A stretch of 64,000 nt of DNA. Origin: Candidatus Moraniibacteriota bacterium. Lineage in GTDB: Bacteria; Patescibacteriota; Minisyncoccia; Moranbacterales; UBA1568. The stretch lies in the NCBI GenBank assembly GCA_023261695.1, contig JAHFON010000002.1:11467-75466 (forward strand), read 5' to 3'. Of this stretch, positions 18,130 to 27,409 are shown piece by piece. Numbering within the stretch: position 1 is the first letter of the stretch; each line of letters opens with the position of its first letter. The position numbers were made by a program, and so were the translations under genes. Under the pieces are notes generated by a model, which worked only from the letters and a program-made list of their open reading frames with translations, was not told where the DNA came from and searched no databases.

Positions 18130-19947
18130 ATGAAAATAGTCAACCTGCTACTTTTGCTCGTGAGTGCCCTGCTCGCTTTGGTTATTATCAATGGCGGAAT
18201 TATTTACTACTTTAACAATCAAATGACGAGTGACAGCCGGGTAGTCAACTATGCCGGTATTATACGAGGGGCAACTCAGCGGGTCATCAAATTGGAATTG
18301 GCCGGAGATTACTCGCAGGCCGATGAACTGATCGCCGAATTAGATCAGATCATCAGCGGATTAAAAAACGGTGACAAGAATCTAAATTTACCTCAAGCGA
18401 GCGGTGACAAGTTTATAGCGGTTATAAATGAAGTAAGCGATACTTGGATTACTCTCAAGCAGACGCTCTATCAGACCAGACAGGATTCCGATTCAAGAAG
18501 CCGGCTTGTAGAAGAAAGTGAGGATTATTTTTATTTAACCAATCAAGCGGTAGGCGTTGCCGAAGAATTTTCTCGGAATAAAGTTACGAACTTGAAGACA
18601 GTCATTATTGTTTCCTCGATAATTTCTCTCGGTATAATTTCAGCAATGTGGGTGGTGATCAGAAGAAAAATCTTCAAGCCCCTAATCAATTTAGCCGAAA
18701 TATTGCCTAAAATAGCGGGCGGCGACTTGTCTCAAAGACTCAAGGTAGAATCAAATGACGAGTTTGGAATTCTGGCTTCTCTGTTTAATATTACGGCCAC
18801 TAAATTGCAGCAGTCGTATGAAAAAATAAAAGAGAAAACCGGCGAACTTTCCGTAAAAGTGGGGGAGCTCCAAAAATTTCAATTGGCCGTTGAGAATGCC
18901 AACGAGCACGTGATTATTACTGATGCCGACGGAAATATTTTGTACGTCAATCCCGCCGCTGAACGTATTACTGGTTATTCACGAAGAGAAAGCATCGGCG
19001 CCAGACCGTCGCTCTGGGGTAATCTGATGACAAAAGAATTTTACGCGAACCTGTGGAGGATTATAAGAGATGAAAAAAAAGTTTTCACCGGAGAAATTAC
19101 CAACCGCAGGAAATCCGGCGAGTTGTATCAGGCGATAGTGAACATCAGCCCTATTCTCGGCGCTGGCGGGGAAGTAAAATTTTTCGTCGGTCTGGAGCGC
19201 GATGTTACGCTCGAGCGCAATATTGACAAAGCCAAGACTGAGTTTGTTTCGCTCGCTTCGCATCAGTTGCGCACGCCGCTTTCCGCGATTAACTGGTATA
19301 CCGAAATGCTCTTGGCTGGAGACGCGGGCAAGATCAACGCGGTTCAGAAGAGATATTTGGAAGAAGTGTATCAGGGAGGCCAGCGGATGGTCGGGCTGGT
19401 CAATGTGTTTTTGAATGTTTCCAGAATTGAGCTGGGAACGTTTGTGATAGAACCGGAGCCGGTGAATTTGCAAGAAGCGGCTCAGATCGCGTTAAAAGAA
19501 TTGAGGCTGATTATCAGGGAGAAAAAAATAAAAGTCACCGCAACATACGACGCAAAACTGCCCAGTATACTGCTTGATCCAAAGCTCATTAATATTATTT
19601 TTCAAAACCTGCTTTCCAACGCGGTAAAATATACTCCAGCCGAAGGCGCCGTGTCACTTGAGGTGTCCCAAGATGAAAAGAATGCTATAATTAGAGTGTC
19701 GGATACGGGCTGTGGCATCCCTCGGAATCAGCAGGCCAAGATTTTTTCCAAACTCTTTCGAGCCGACAATGCGGCTTCCCAAGAAACCGAAGGGACCGGT
19801 TTGGGACTGTATATTGTGAAAGCCATTATTGACCGTTTGGGAGGAAGCATCCGATTTGAATCAGAGCAAGATAAAGGAACGACGTTTTTCGTAACCTTGC
19901 CGCTTGCGGGGATGGCCAAAAAAGAAGGAATTAAAACATTGGAATAA
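18130..19947 (+). CDS. Sensor histidine kinase (PilJ/NarX-like sensor, HAMP, PAS, HisKA, HATPase)
   Basis: VNYAGIIRGATQR sensor motif; SHQLRTPL; NLLSNAVKYT; DTGCGI; GTGLGL. Confidence 0.9.
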   Translation: MKIVNLLLLLVSALLALVIINGGIIYYFNNQMTSDSRVVNYAGIIRGATQRVIKLELAGDYSQADELIAELDQIISGLKNGDKNLNLPQASGDKFIAVINEVSDTWITLKQTLYQTRQDSDSRSRLVEESEDYFYLTNQAVGVAEEFSRNKVTNLKTVIIVSSIISLGIISAMWVVIRRKIFKPLINLAEILPKIAGGDLSQRLKVESNDEFGILASLFNITATKLQQSYEKIKEKTGELSVKVGELQKFQLAVENANEHVIITDADGNILYVNPAAERITGYSRRESIGARPSLWGNLMTKEFYANLWRIIRDEKKVFTGEITNRRKSGELYQAIVNISPILGAGGEVKFFVGLERDVTLERNIDKAKTEFVSLASHQLRTPLSAINWYTEMLLAGDAGKINAVQKRYLEEVYQGGQRMVGLVNVFLNVSRIELGTFVIEPEPVNLQEAAQIALKELRLIIREKKIKVTATYDAKLPSILLDPKLINIIFQNLLSNAVKYTPAEGAVSLEVSQDEKNAIIRVSDTGCGIPRNQQAKIFSKLFRADNAASQETEGTGLGLYIVKAIIDRLGGSIRFESEQDKGTTFFVTLPLAGMAKKEGIKTLE

Positions 19948-19986
19948 TCACTAGCCACTTATGTTTTAGCAATTGAAAATTTATCT

Positions 19987-20376
19987 ATGACCAAAAAAAG
20001 CCAAACAATTTTAATCGTGGAAGACGAAAAGCCTCTCATCCGCGCCCTGTGTGATAAATTTCGCCACGAAGGTTTTAACGTGCTGGAGGCAAGAAACGGA
20101 GCAGAAGGGTTGGAAGTCGCTCTGCGCGAACATCCGGATTTGATCCTGTTGGATATTATAATGCCGGTGATGGATGGTGTTTCTATGTTCAAAAAATTAC
20201 GCGAGGACGAATGGGGTAAAAGTGTTCCGGTGATTATGTTAACGAACTTGATTTATAACGAGAAAATCGCCGAGGCTATTATGCAGGGCAGTCATGAATA
20301 TCTGGTAAAATCTGATTTTAAGCTAGAGGATGTGGTGGCAAAAGTCAGAGAGCGGCTAGCAATGCCTCATAATTGA
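19987..20376 (+). CDS. Single-domain response regulator
   Basis: ILIVEDE, PDLILLDIIMP, VIMLTN, YLVK. Confidence 0.9.
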   Translation: MTKKSQTILIVEDEKPLIRALCDKFRHEGFNVLEARNGAEGLEVALREHPDLILLDIIMPVMDGVSMFKKLREDEWGKSVPVIMLTNLIYNEKIAEAIMQGSHEYLVKSDFKLEDVVAKVRERLAMPHN

Positions 20377-20545
20377 GACCCGGACGGTTTCGAACAAATT
20401 GCTCTCTCATTATTTTTTGTGGTAAGCGAAGTTTTTTCCAGCGCTAAAACAACCCAATCAAAAATCCGAACTGATTTTGCGACCGATTGACTCGGCGGGC
20501 GGAATACAAATGCGAGCATACGGAGCACGCATAAAAGTTCTTTAT

Positions 20546-20590
20546 AAAAAGAATGAGCCCATCAGCGGTCCGAAGACATGATGGGCTCGT
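20546..20590 (-). terminator. Intrinsic terminator
   Basis: GAGCCCATCA...TGATGGGCTC with T-rich tail on the minus strand. Confidence 0.65.
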
Positions 20591-20611
20591 TGGTGACGTT
20601 CGGTGTCTCGC

Positions 20612-21046
20612 TTAGGCGTAAACCGGAGCGCCGTGGAAATCCGGCTCCTTCTCGCAGTTCGGACAGTATAGAGCCGTCTCGTACCGGCACTCGCCGAGTC
20701 TGGCGTCAGGCATCTCGCGCAGGTGAACAGGATGCCCCACCAATCTGCCGAGAATTGCCCCACCGCAGCCCTTGCATTTGTAAGCTTCGCCGTCCTTGAC
20801 GTAGTTGTCCATATTTCCGGGCGCGCGCTTCTCGCTGTCTGGCTTCTCTTTCGCCGACGGCTTGCCGTCGACGATCTGTCCGTCGAAAACGAGAAACCGC
20901 TCGTTATTGTCGTCCGGCCAGAGGCGGGCGATAGCTTCTCTGACTGCCTTGTCGTCCCCATATGGACCGTAGATGGAGCTGATAAGCGAGTAGTCGCCAT
21001 CACGGCCTTTGTTGTAGCGAAAACCAAGCGGGATGAAGAACTTCAT
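20612..21046 (-). CDS. Orphan protein with C-terminal zinc ribbon (CKGC...CPNC)
   Basis: AAGGAGG SD; promoter TTGATG-17-TATGAT; own terminator. Confidence 0.7.
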   Translation of the reverse strand: MKFFIPLGFRYNKGRDGDYSLISSIYGPYGDDKAVREAIARLWPDDNNERFLVFDGQIVDGKPSAKEKPDSEKRAPGNMDNYVKDGEAYKCKGCGGAILGRLVGHPVHLREMPDARLGECRYETALYCPNCEKEPDFHGAPVYA

Positions 21047-21252
21047 TTGCTTTTCCTCCTTCTTAATGAACTGGTTGACTGCATCAAACCACCGCGGCTT
21101 GATTTCGCACCATCATAACATTACTAACCTAATACATCAAGAAGCCGCAGTAATCCCTCGCGCCCCCCTTGAACGTGATGGAATAACGCCGTCATTGAGA
21201 GGCCTCCACGAGCTCGCAGAGGTACGGAGCAAGCCGTAACCGCATACGCGGT

Positions 21253-21956
21253 GTTATATGATGTTTGGGTTCGAACAAAGGAACTATCTAACAGCATCCA
21301 TTTATGCCTCGAAGCGTTTTTCAATAAGGGAGATCAATTCATCGTAAAAGGATAATAAAAAAGTATTCCATTCCATTTTGTCTCGGTCTTTCTTGACCGC
21401 TTTGATGATGTCAAAGCCAAAGTAGGCGTGACGTTTTTGTGCTAATTCCTTTTCTACGATCAGCTCATATAAATTTGGTGAAATTTTGTCGACCGAATGG
21501 GCAAACTTTGCTTCGTTGGAATTGTTGTTGTTAAATTCCTTGTAAAGAGGGTGATAGTTTTTATTGAGCTGATGCAGCGCCGCCTCGTCTTCATTTTTTA
21601 TTTCTTTGGTCGTTTTGTTCCGTTTCACGGTTAATACGTCGCCAACTTTAGTTTCTCCAATATCGTGGACTGCGAGCATAGTAAGTACCTTTCCAATATC
21701 TATATTTTCATTGAGATAAGGATAAAGAAAGGTGGCTATAACTGGAAGCGCTCCAATATGATCAATAAGTGACTCACGTAAAATTTTACTGCCCGGCGGT
21801 GCCGTCGTTTGAGTTACTCTCGATGGAGCATAGGGGCCCCGATAAACGTTGGAATACCGAATAAGAAGATCTAATAGATTGGATAGTTCCGTTGATATTT
21901 TATTTGTTTTCATACCTTCTGAATAAAAGAGTGTTCGAACCAAAATTTCGCATAAC
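21253..21956. repeat. 25-bp imperfect inverted repeats (21253-21277 / 21932-21956) flanking the HD gene
   Basis: GTTATATGATGTTTGGGTTCGAACA vs GTTATGCGAAATTTTGGTTCGAACA, 20/25. Confidence 0.75.
21302..21913 (-). CDS. HD-domain hydrolase (YfbR/5'-deoxynucleotidase-like)
   Basis: RESLIDH, MLAVHDIGE..VGD, EAKFAHSVDK. Confidence 0.8.
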   Translation of the reverse strand: MKTNKISTELSNLLDLLIRYSNVYRGPYAPSRVTQTTAPPGSKILRESLIDHIGALPVIATFLYPYLNENIDIGKVLTMLAVHDIGETKVGDVLTVKRNKTTKEIKNEDEAALHQLNKNYHPLYKEFNNNNSNEAKFAHSVDKISPNLYELIVEKELAQKRHAYFGFDIIKAVKKDRDKMEWNTFLLSFYDELISLIEKRFEA

Positions 21957-22017
21957 GTTTATGTATCATCCGAAGTTTTTGTTTCTCCTCCTTGATATAT
22001 AAAAAGAAAAGGGAAAC

Positions 22018-22349
22018 AAAAATTTTAGAAAGGGGCTGTCCGTTGGTTGGACAGCCATGAAGGGGTTGCTTGTTAAGCGGCGAGTTTCAGAGGAATCTCC
22101 TCGAAACATGTTTCTTCAATCTCATCATCGGGATCGGGCGGATAATCGCAACTTGGCTCAATATGAGTTTTGAAAACGATCAGTTGGTGGTTATCGTACA
22201 GATGAACTGACCCCTCATAATATTCGCCAGGCTCGATATATCTGCAACATCGATCGCACCAATGTTGCGTTTGTGCAACGTGTCTATACGTGCGCAGTAT
22301 ACGCATGTTTCACCTCCTGTTTTTTTGTAGGCCCCTTTCTAAAATTTTT
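22018..22349. repeat. Perfect 19-bp inverted repeats (22018-22036 / 22331-22349) flanking a small ORF
   Basis: AAAAATTTTAGAAAGGGGC and GCCCCTTTCTAAAATTTTT. Confidence 0.85.
22073..22306 (-). CDS. Small putative Zn-binding protein ending in -LAA
   Basis: AGGAGGTG SD; CDRC...H...C; hairpin GGCTGTCC/GGACAGCC downstream. Confidence 0.7.
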   Translation of the reverse strand: MRILRTYRHVAQTQHWCDRCCRYIEPGEYYEGSVHLYDNHQLIVFKTHIEPSCDYPPDPDDEIEETCFEEIPLKLAA

Positions 22350-22536
22350 ATTTAAAAGAGCAATATTTCCGATAATGTATCCGAGTATACGAAGTTCGCT
22401 TTTCTGATTTATTGATTGTTATTTGAATTATCTAATTACTATTTTAGCTGATTTTAGCTTAAATTACCACTAAACAGAGAAAAACGAATTTACCTGCCGG
22501 CAGGTAGCGGGCGAGCCAATGAACCCATTTCCTAAC

Positions 22537-22626
22537 TGGCGGAAGCGGGAGGATTCGAACCTCCGATACCCTTGCGAGCATACCGCATTTCGAGTGCGGC
22601 CCATTCAACCTCTCTGGCACGCTTCC
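22537..22626 (-). tRNA. tRNA-Ser(CGA)
   Basis: CCGCA-CTCGAAA-TGCGG; long variable arm; encoded CCA. Confidence 0.95.
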
Positions 22627-22807
22627 AAATTTTCTGTATATTATTTTTTCAAATGACCAAATTGTTCTTTAATCTATCTCTCTGGCACGCTTCCATTCTT
22701 TTGTTGTACAGGAAAATGGTTAGGGAATCAATCTTGTGTAAGGCTAAACTGTTTTGACGCGGGGACATCCGGTGGTATACTGAAAATATAATTTTTATTT
22801 AAGCTAT

Positions 22808-23446
22808 ATGAAAAAAAACCTGCTGATTGTGCTGGTGCTGATTATTCTGGCGCTGGTTATCGGGTGGTATCTGGTCAAAAGTCGGAACACGGCGCCTGTC
22901 TCGGTCATGGAAACCGGCAAAGATATCGTGAATACCAATGAAGCGCCGCCGTCTGCCGGAGGGGCGAGTGGCGTGATTGGTTCTATCAAGGATGCCATGG
23001 GACTTGGGAAAAAGATGAAGTGCGCTTATTCTGGGAAAGACGGAGGAACCACTTCCACGGTATTTGTGGATGGCCAAAAATTCAAATTCGTTTCAGAAAT
23101 GAACGGAGAGAAATTGTACGGTCTTTTTGACGGGGAAACACAATATACCTGGACGGCCGGCGCGCAGAAGCAGGGCTGGAAAATGACTAAATCTTGTATG
23201 GATGAACTGGGGACGCTCTCCGCGCGGGAAACACAAAGCGCCGGTAATGATACCGCGCCGCAGGACTACCAGAAATCTTTTGATGCCGCGCAAAACGTGC
23301 GGTGCGAAGCCGCAGCGGGAGAAGACTTCTCCGTGCCGGCGGATATTGTTTTTGCCGATCAATGCGCAATGCTCAAAAACAGCATGAAGAGTTTGCAAAA
23401 CATTAAGGGACAGCTTCCGTCCGGCGTGAATATCCCGGGATATTAG
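22808..23446 (+). CDS. Membrane-anchored hypothetical protein
   Basis: N-terminal hydrophobic anchor, four Cys, FSVPADIVF motif. Confidence 0.75.
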   Translation: MKKNLLIVLVLIILALVIGWYLVKSRNTAPVSVMETGKDIVNTNEAPPSAGGASGVIGSIKDAMGLGKKMKCAYSGKDGGTTSTVFVDGQKFKFVSEMNGEKLYGLFDGETQYTWTAGAQKQGWKMTKSCMDELGTLSARETQSAGNDTAPQDYQKSFDAAQNVRCEAAAGEDFSVPADIVFADQCAMLKNSMKSLQNIKGQLPSGVNIPGY

Positions 23447-23510
23447 ATATCTTGCGAATTTTTGTTGTATAATATATATGTTTGCGCATAAAATTTTTTA
23501 AATATATTTT

Positions 23511-24056
23511 ATGGACACGCCATCGGCTCTGACGTTTGCCGACCCATCCGCTATCGTAGATCAGTTGGATATAGAATTGAAAAGCCAGGTCGCCGACTTT
23601 GGTTGCGGTTCGGGATTTTTTTCTTTTGAATTCGCGAAACGCGTGGGAGCGGAAGGGGTGGTGCACGCTTTTGATATTCTGCCATCGGCGCTGGAAGCGG
23701 TAGCCAGCCGCGCAAAAATTCTTAATCTGTCCAATATTGTCACCAAACGAGTGAATCTGGAAAAGGAGGGCGGGTCGGGACTCGCTTTGCAAAGTATGGA
23801 TTGGGTTGTGATCAAAGACGTTTTGTTTCAAAACAAAAACAAAAAACTGATTCTGGAAGAAGCGGCGCGTATTTTGAAGTCTGGAGGGCATGCTATCCTA
23901 ATGGAATGGGATCCTCGGAAATCTCTTGTTGGTCCGGACGCAGGATTGCGGGTGACTCCGGAACAATTGCGTACGCTGGTGGAAGCCGCCAATTTGGCCG
24001 TGGAGAAAGAGTTAAATGTAGGGGGGTTTCATTATGCTTTTCTGGTAAAAAAATAA
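23511..24056 (+). CDS. Class I SAM-dependent methyltransferase
   Basis: VADFGCGSG; RILKSGG. Confidence 0.85.
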   Translation: MDTPSALTFADPSAIVDQLDIELKSQVADFGCGSGFFSFEFAKRVGAEGVVHAFDILPSALEAVASRAKILNLSNIVTKRVNLEKEGGSGLALQSMDWVVIKDVLFQNKNKKLILEEAARILKSGGHAILMEWDPRKSLVGPDAGLRVTPEQLRTLVEAANLAVEKELNVGGFHYAFLVKK

Positions 24057-24094
24057 TTATTACTGCGCTCAAGCGTGTAAGCCCAGAATCTTTT

Positions 24095-25513
24095 ATGTCT
24101 ATCAAATTTTTTTTTCGTAAGAGATTCTTTTTTTTGATAGGGGTTGTTTTCGCGACCATGTCGCTTTCCGGTTGTATTTTCAAGCAAACCGCTCCAGAAC
24201 AATACAAAGTTAATTTGGAAGTGTGGGGGGTTTTTGATGACAGTGATGCTTACGCGGATGTTTTTAACCAGTACCGAAAAATCAATCCGTATATTGGAGA
24301 GATTAATTACCGCAAGCTTCCGCTGGAAACCTATAAAGACGACATTTTGAACGCTCTGGCGGCCGGCAAAGGGCCGGATATTTTTATGATTCGCAACGCG
24401 TGGCGCGGTTCTTTTGAAGACAAAATCGCGCCGGCGCCGGAATATCTGCTGACGGAAAAGCAGTATCGGGATGTGTTTGTGGACGTGGTGGCGGAAGATT
24501 TTATCGGCAATGGCAAGATATACGGCGCGCCGCTGTCCGCTGATTCTCTGGCGCTCTATTACAATAAAGATCTGTTCAACGCGGCGGGCATCGTGAATCC
24601 GCCGACCACTTGGGATGAGCTTCTTGGTGATATTTCAAAACTGAATAGGGTTGACCAGTTTGGTAATGTCGTTCAATCGGCTGTGGCGCTCGGTACGGCG
24701 TATAATATCAATCGTTCTATGGATCTTCTCACCGTATTGATGTTTCAAATGGGGTCATCTATTTTGCCGCCCGGGCAGAAACGCGTTGAACTGACCGATG
24801 AAAACAGCCGCAAAGCTCTGGAATTTTACACTCAATTTTCACGTATCAACTCCAATACCTATACATGGAATCCGAGCCTGCATTATTCTATCGATAGTTT
24901 TTATGAAGGGACGCTGGGTATGATGATAGATTATTCTTGGCATTTTGCCACTGTCAAACAAAAAAACTCCAAGCTGAATTTTGCCGTGGCGCCTCTGCCG
25001 CAATTTTCTGACGGTAAACCTGTGAACTTTGCCAATTATTGGGGATTCGCGGTAGCTAAAAATAAAGTTGCAGAAGATAAGCCGGGGCAGGCGGCGCCAC
25101 AGGGAGCGGTGAAACCAGATTTAGAAAAACAAAATTATTTGCGTATTCACGAGGCTTGGCAATTTTTGAATTATCTGACCTTGCCGCATCCCGACAACAA
25201 AATAACTTTACAAAACGGCATTGCCGGTACTACCAAGGAATTTACTTTGAGTTTTGATCCGGCGAAAAAATACCTGGAAAAAACTGACAAACCGGCGGCG
25301 CGCCGCGATTTGATAGAAGAACAGAAAAATGACGTCAGGCTGGCGCCTTTCGCGACGGGAAACCTGATCGCGAAAAATTGGTATCAGGGAAATATGGAAT
25401 TGGTGGAGGCAATTTTCGCGGAAATGATTGACAGCGTGAATAAAGGCGAGAAAAGTGTTTACGACGCTCTTACGATCACTACCAATCGCGTCAATGTGTT
25501 GACAAAGCAGTAA
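24095..25513 (+). CDS. Extracellular solute-binding lipoprotein (sugar-type)
   Basis: Lipobox LSGC; GPDIF, LYYNKDLF, PPTTWDEL; ATG 24095 preferred. Confidence 0.85.
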   Translation: MSIKFFFRKRFFFLIGVVFATMSLSGCIFKQTAPEQYKVNLEVWGVFDDSDAYADVFNQYRKINPYIGEINYRKLPLETYKDDILNALAAGKGPDIFMIRNAWRGSFEDKIAPAPEYLLTEKQYRDVFVDVVAEDFIGNGKIYGAPLSADSLALYYNKDLFNAAGIVNPPTTWDELLGDISKLNRVDQFGNVVQSAVALGTAYNINRSMDLLTVLMFQMGSSILPPGQKRVELTDENSRKALEFYTQFSRINSNTYTWNPSLHYSIDSFYEGTLGMMIDYSWHFATVKQKNSKLNFAVAPLPQFSDGKPVNFANYWGFAVAKNKVAEDKPGQAAPQGAVKPDLEKQNYLRIHEAWQFLNYLTLPHPDNKITLQNGIAGTTKEFTLSFDPAKKYLEKTDKPAARRDLIEEQKNDVRLAPFATGNLIAKNWYQGNMELVEAIFAEMIDSVNKGEKSVYDALTITTNRVNVLTKQ

Positions 25514-25582
25514 CAACCAGATACACTGCGGAAGTGTTTTAAGGCGTGGCCACGCCTTTTTTTCAATGAACTTTTTATTTTT

Positions 25583-27370
25583 ATGGAGATTAGAAATATC
25601 GCCATCATTGCGCACGTGGATCACGGCAAAACTACTTTGACCGATGCTTTGATGCGCCAGACGGGAATGGTGACGGCCGCCGGTGTTTCTATGGATTCCA
25701 ACGCTCTGGAGCAGGAGCGCGGTATCACGATTTATGCCAAGAACGCCGCCTTGTTGTGGAAAGATACGAAAATCAATATCGTGGACACACCTGGGCACTC
25801 CGATTTCGGTTCGGAAGTGGAGCGCGTTTTGCGTTCCATTGACAGTGTGATATTGGTGGTGGACGCTCAGGAAGGGCCGATGCCGCAGACGCGTTTCGTT
25901 TTGAAAAAATCTTTGGAATTGGGTTTGAAGCCGATCGTGGTTTTGAACAAAATTGACAAGCCGGCCGCGCGTCCGAAGGAAGTGCAGGAAATGGTGTATG
26001 AATTATTTCTTGATTTAGGCGCGAGCGATGAGCAACTGGACTTCGCGCTCGTCTATGCTATCGCCCGCGAGGGCATAGCCAAACTTTCTTTAGAAGATGA
26101 TAGTAGCGATTTGGCGCCTCTTTTGGATACTATCTTGAAAAAAGTGCCGGCCGCGCTGTCGGATACAACCAAGCCTTTACGCGCCCAGCCGTTCAATTTG
26201 GGTTACGACAATTTTGTCGGCCGGTTGGCGGTCGCGCGCGTTTATGAAGGCGCGCTCAAGATCAACGATGCCGTGCTGATGAGAAACATTCATGGTAAAA
26301 ATGAAACTGGTCGTGTCGTGAAATTATTTACCTTTCGCGGTTTGGAACGTGTGGCGGTGGACGAAGTTACGGCGGGCGATATCGTGATGATTGCCGGTCT
26401 GGCCAAAATTGAAATCGGCGACACAATTTGCGCGAGTGCCGATCAGGAATTATTGCCGGCCATCGCCATTGATGAACCGACCATCTCTTTGAATTTTCTG
26501 GTCAACGATTCGCCATTCGCCGGACGCGAGGGCAAGTTTGTCACCAATAAACAATTGCGCGAGCGGTTGGAAAAAGAGCTGGAAATCAACGTGGGTTTGA
26601 AGATAGAGTTTTCGGACGATCATTATAAAGTCTACGGCCGCGGAGAATTGCACGTGGCGATTCTTTTGGAAAATATGCGCCGCGAAGGTTACGAAGTGCA
26701 AGTTTCCCAGCCGCAGGTTATCATTAAAGATGTGGACGGCGTGAAGTCGGAGCCGTTTGAAGAAGTGACGGTGGAATGCCCGATGGCGGTTTCCGGTACA
26801 GTGATTGAAAAAATGGGCAAACGCAAGGGGATTATGACGGAAATGAAAGAGGGGTCGGGAGGTTTTACACGGCTGATTTTTGAAGCGCCGACGCGCGGAT
26901 TGTTGGGGTATCGCGGAGAATTTACGGTGGATACGCGCGGTGAAGGTGTTCTCTACACTCGGGTGATCGGTTTCAGACCTCATGTCGGTGTCATCAAGAA
27001 GCGCGACGAAGGTTCAATGGTATCCATGGCCACCGGTAAGGCGCTGGCTTTTTCTCTCAACAATTTGCAATCGCGCGGTACGCTGTACATTGCTCCGTCC
27101 ACGGAAGTCTATGAAGGTATGGTGGTGGGTAACGTGACCAAGGGCACTGATATGGCCGTCAACCCGATCAAGGGGAAAGCTATGAGCAATATGCGTTCTT
27201 CCGGCGCGGATGAGGCTATCAAACTCACGCCGCCCATTGAAGTATCCATTGAACGCGGGTTGGAAATTATTTTGGCTGATGAATATTTGGAGGTGACACC
27301 CAAAAGCGTGCGTTTGCGCAAGCAGTATTTGACTGAAACCGAGCGCGTGCGGTACGCGAGAAAAAAATAA
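25583..27370 (+). CDS. typA: Ribosome-associated GTPase TypA/BipA
   Basis: RNIAIIAHVDHGKTT, GRGELH, RREGYE, EVTPKSVRLRK. Confidence 0.96.
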   Translation: MEIRNIAIIAHVDHGKTTLTDALMRQTGMVTAAGVSMDSNALEQERGITIYAKNAALLWKDTKINIVDTPGHSDFGSEVERVLRSIDSVILVVDAQEGPMPQTRFVLKKSLELGLKPIVVLNKIDKPAARPKEVQEMVYELFLDLGASDEQLDFALVYAIAREGIAKLSLEDDSSDLAPLLDTILKKVPAALSDTTKPLRAQPFNLGYDNFVGRLAVARVYEGALKINDAVLMRNIHGKNETGRVVKLFTFRGLERVAVDEVTAGDIVMIAGLAKIEIGDTICASADQELLPAIAIDEPTISLNFLVNDSPFAGREGKFVTNKQLRERLEKELEINVGLKIEFSDDHYKVYGRGELHVAILLENMRREGYEVQVSQPQVIIKDVDGVKSEPFEEVTVECPMAVSGTVIEKMGKRKGIMTEMKEGSGGFTRLIFEAPTRGLLGYRGEFTVDTRGEGVLYTRVIGFRPHVGVIKKRDEGSMVSMATGKALAFSLNNLQSRGTLYIAPSTEVYEGMVVGNVTKGTDMAVNPIKGKAMSNMRSSGADEAIKLTPPIEVSIERGLEIILADEYLEVTPKSVRLRKQYLTETERVRYARKK

Positions 27371-27409
27371 ACTTCAGAAAAAAGCTAAAGCGTCTCACGG
27401 GAGGCGTTT

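Noticed and set aside
20542-21027. 161-aa alternative-frame ORF
   Set aside because: Overlaps 20612-21046, which has the SD, ATG and zinc ribbon; runs through the terminator
23801-24094. N-terminal extension of the solute-binding protein
   Set aside because: Overlaps the methyltransferase; the lipoprotein signal fits a start at 24095
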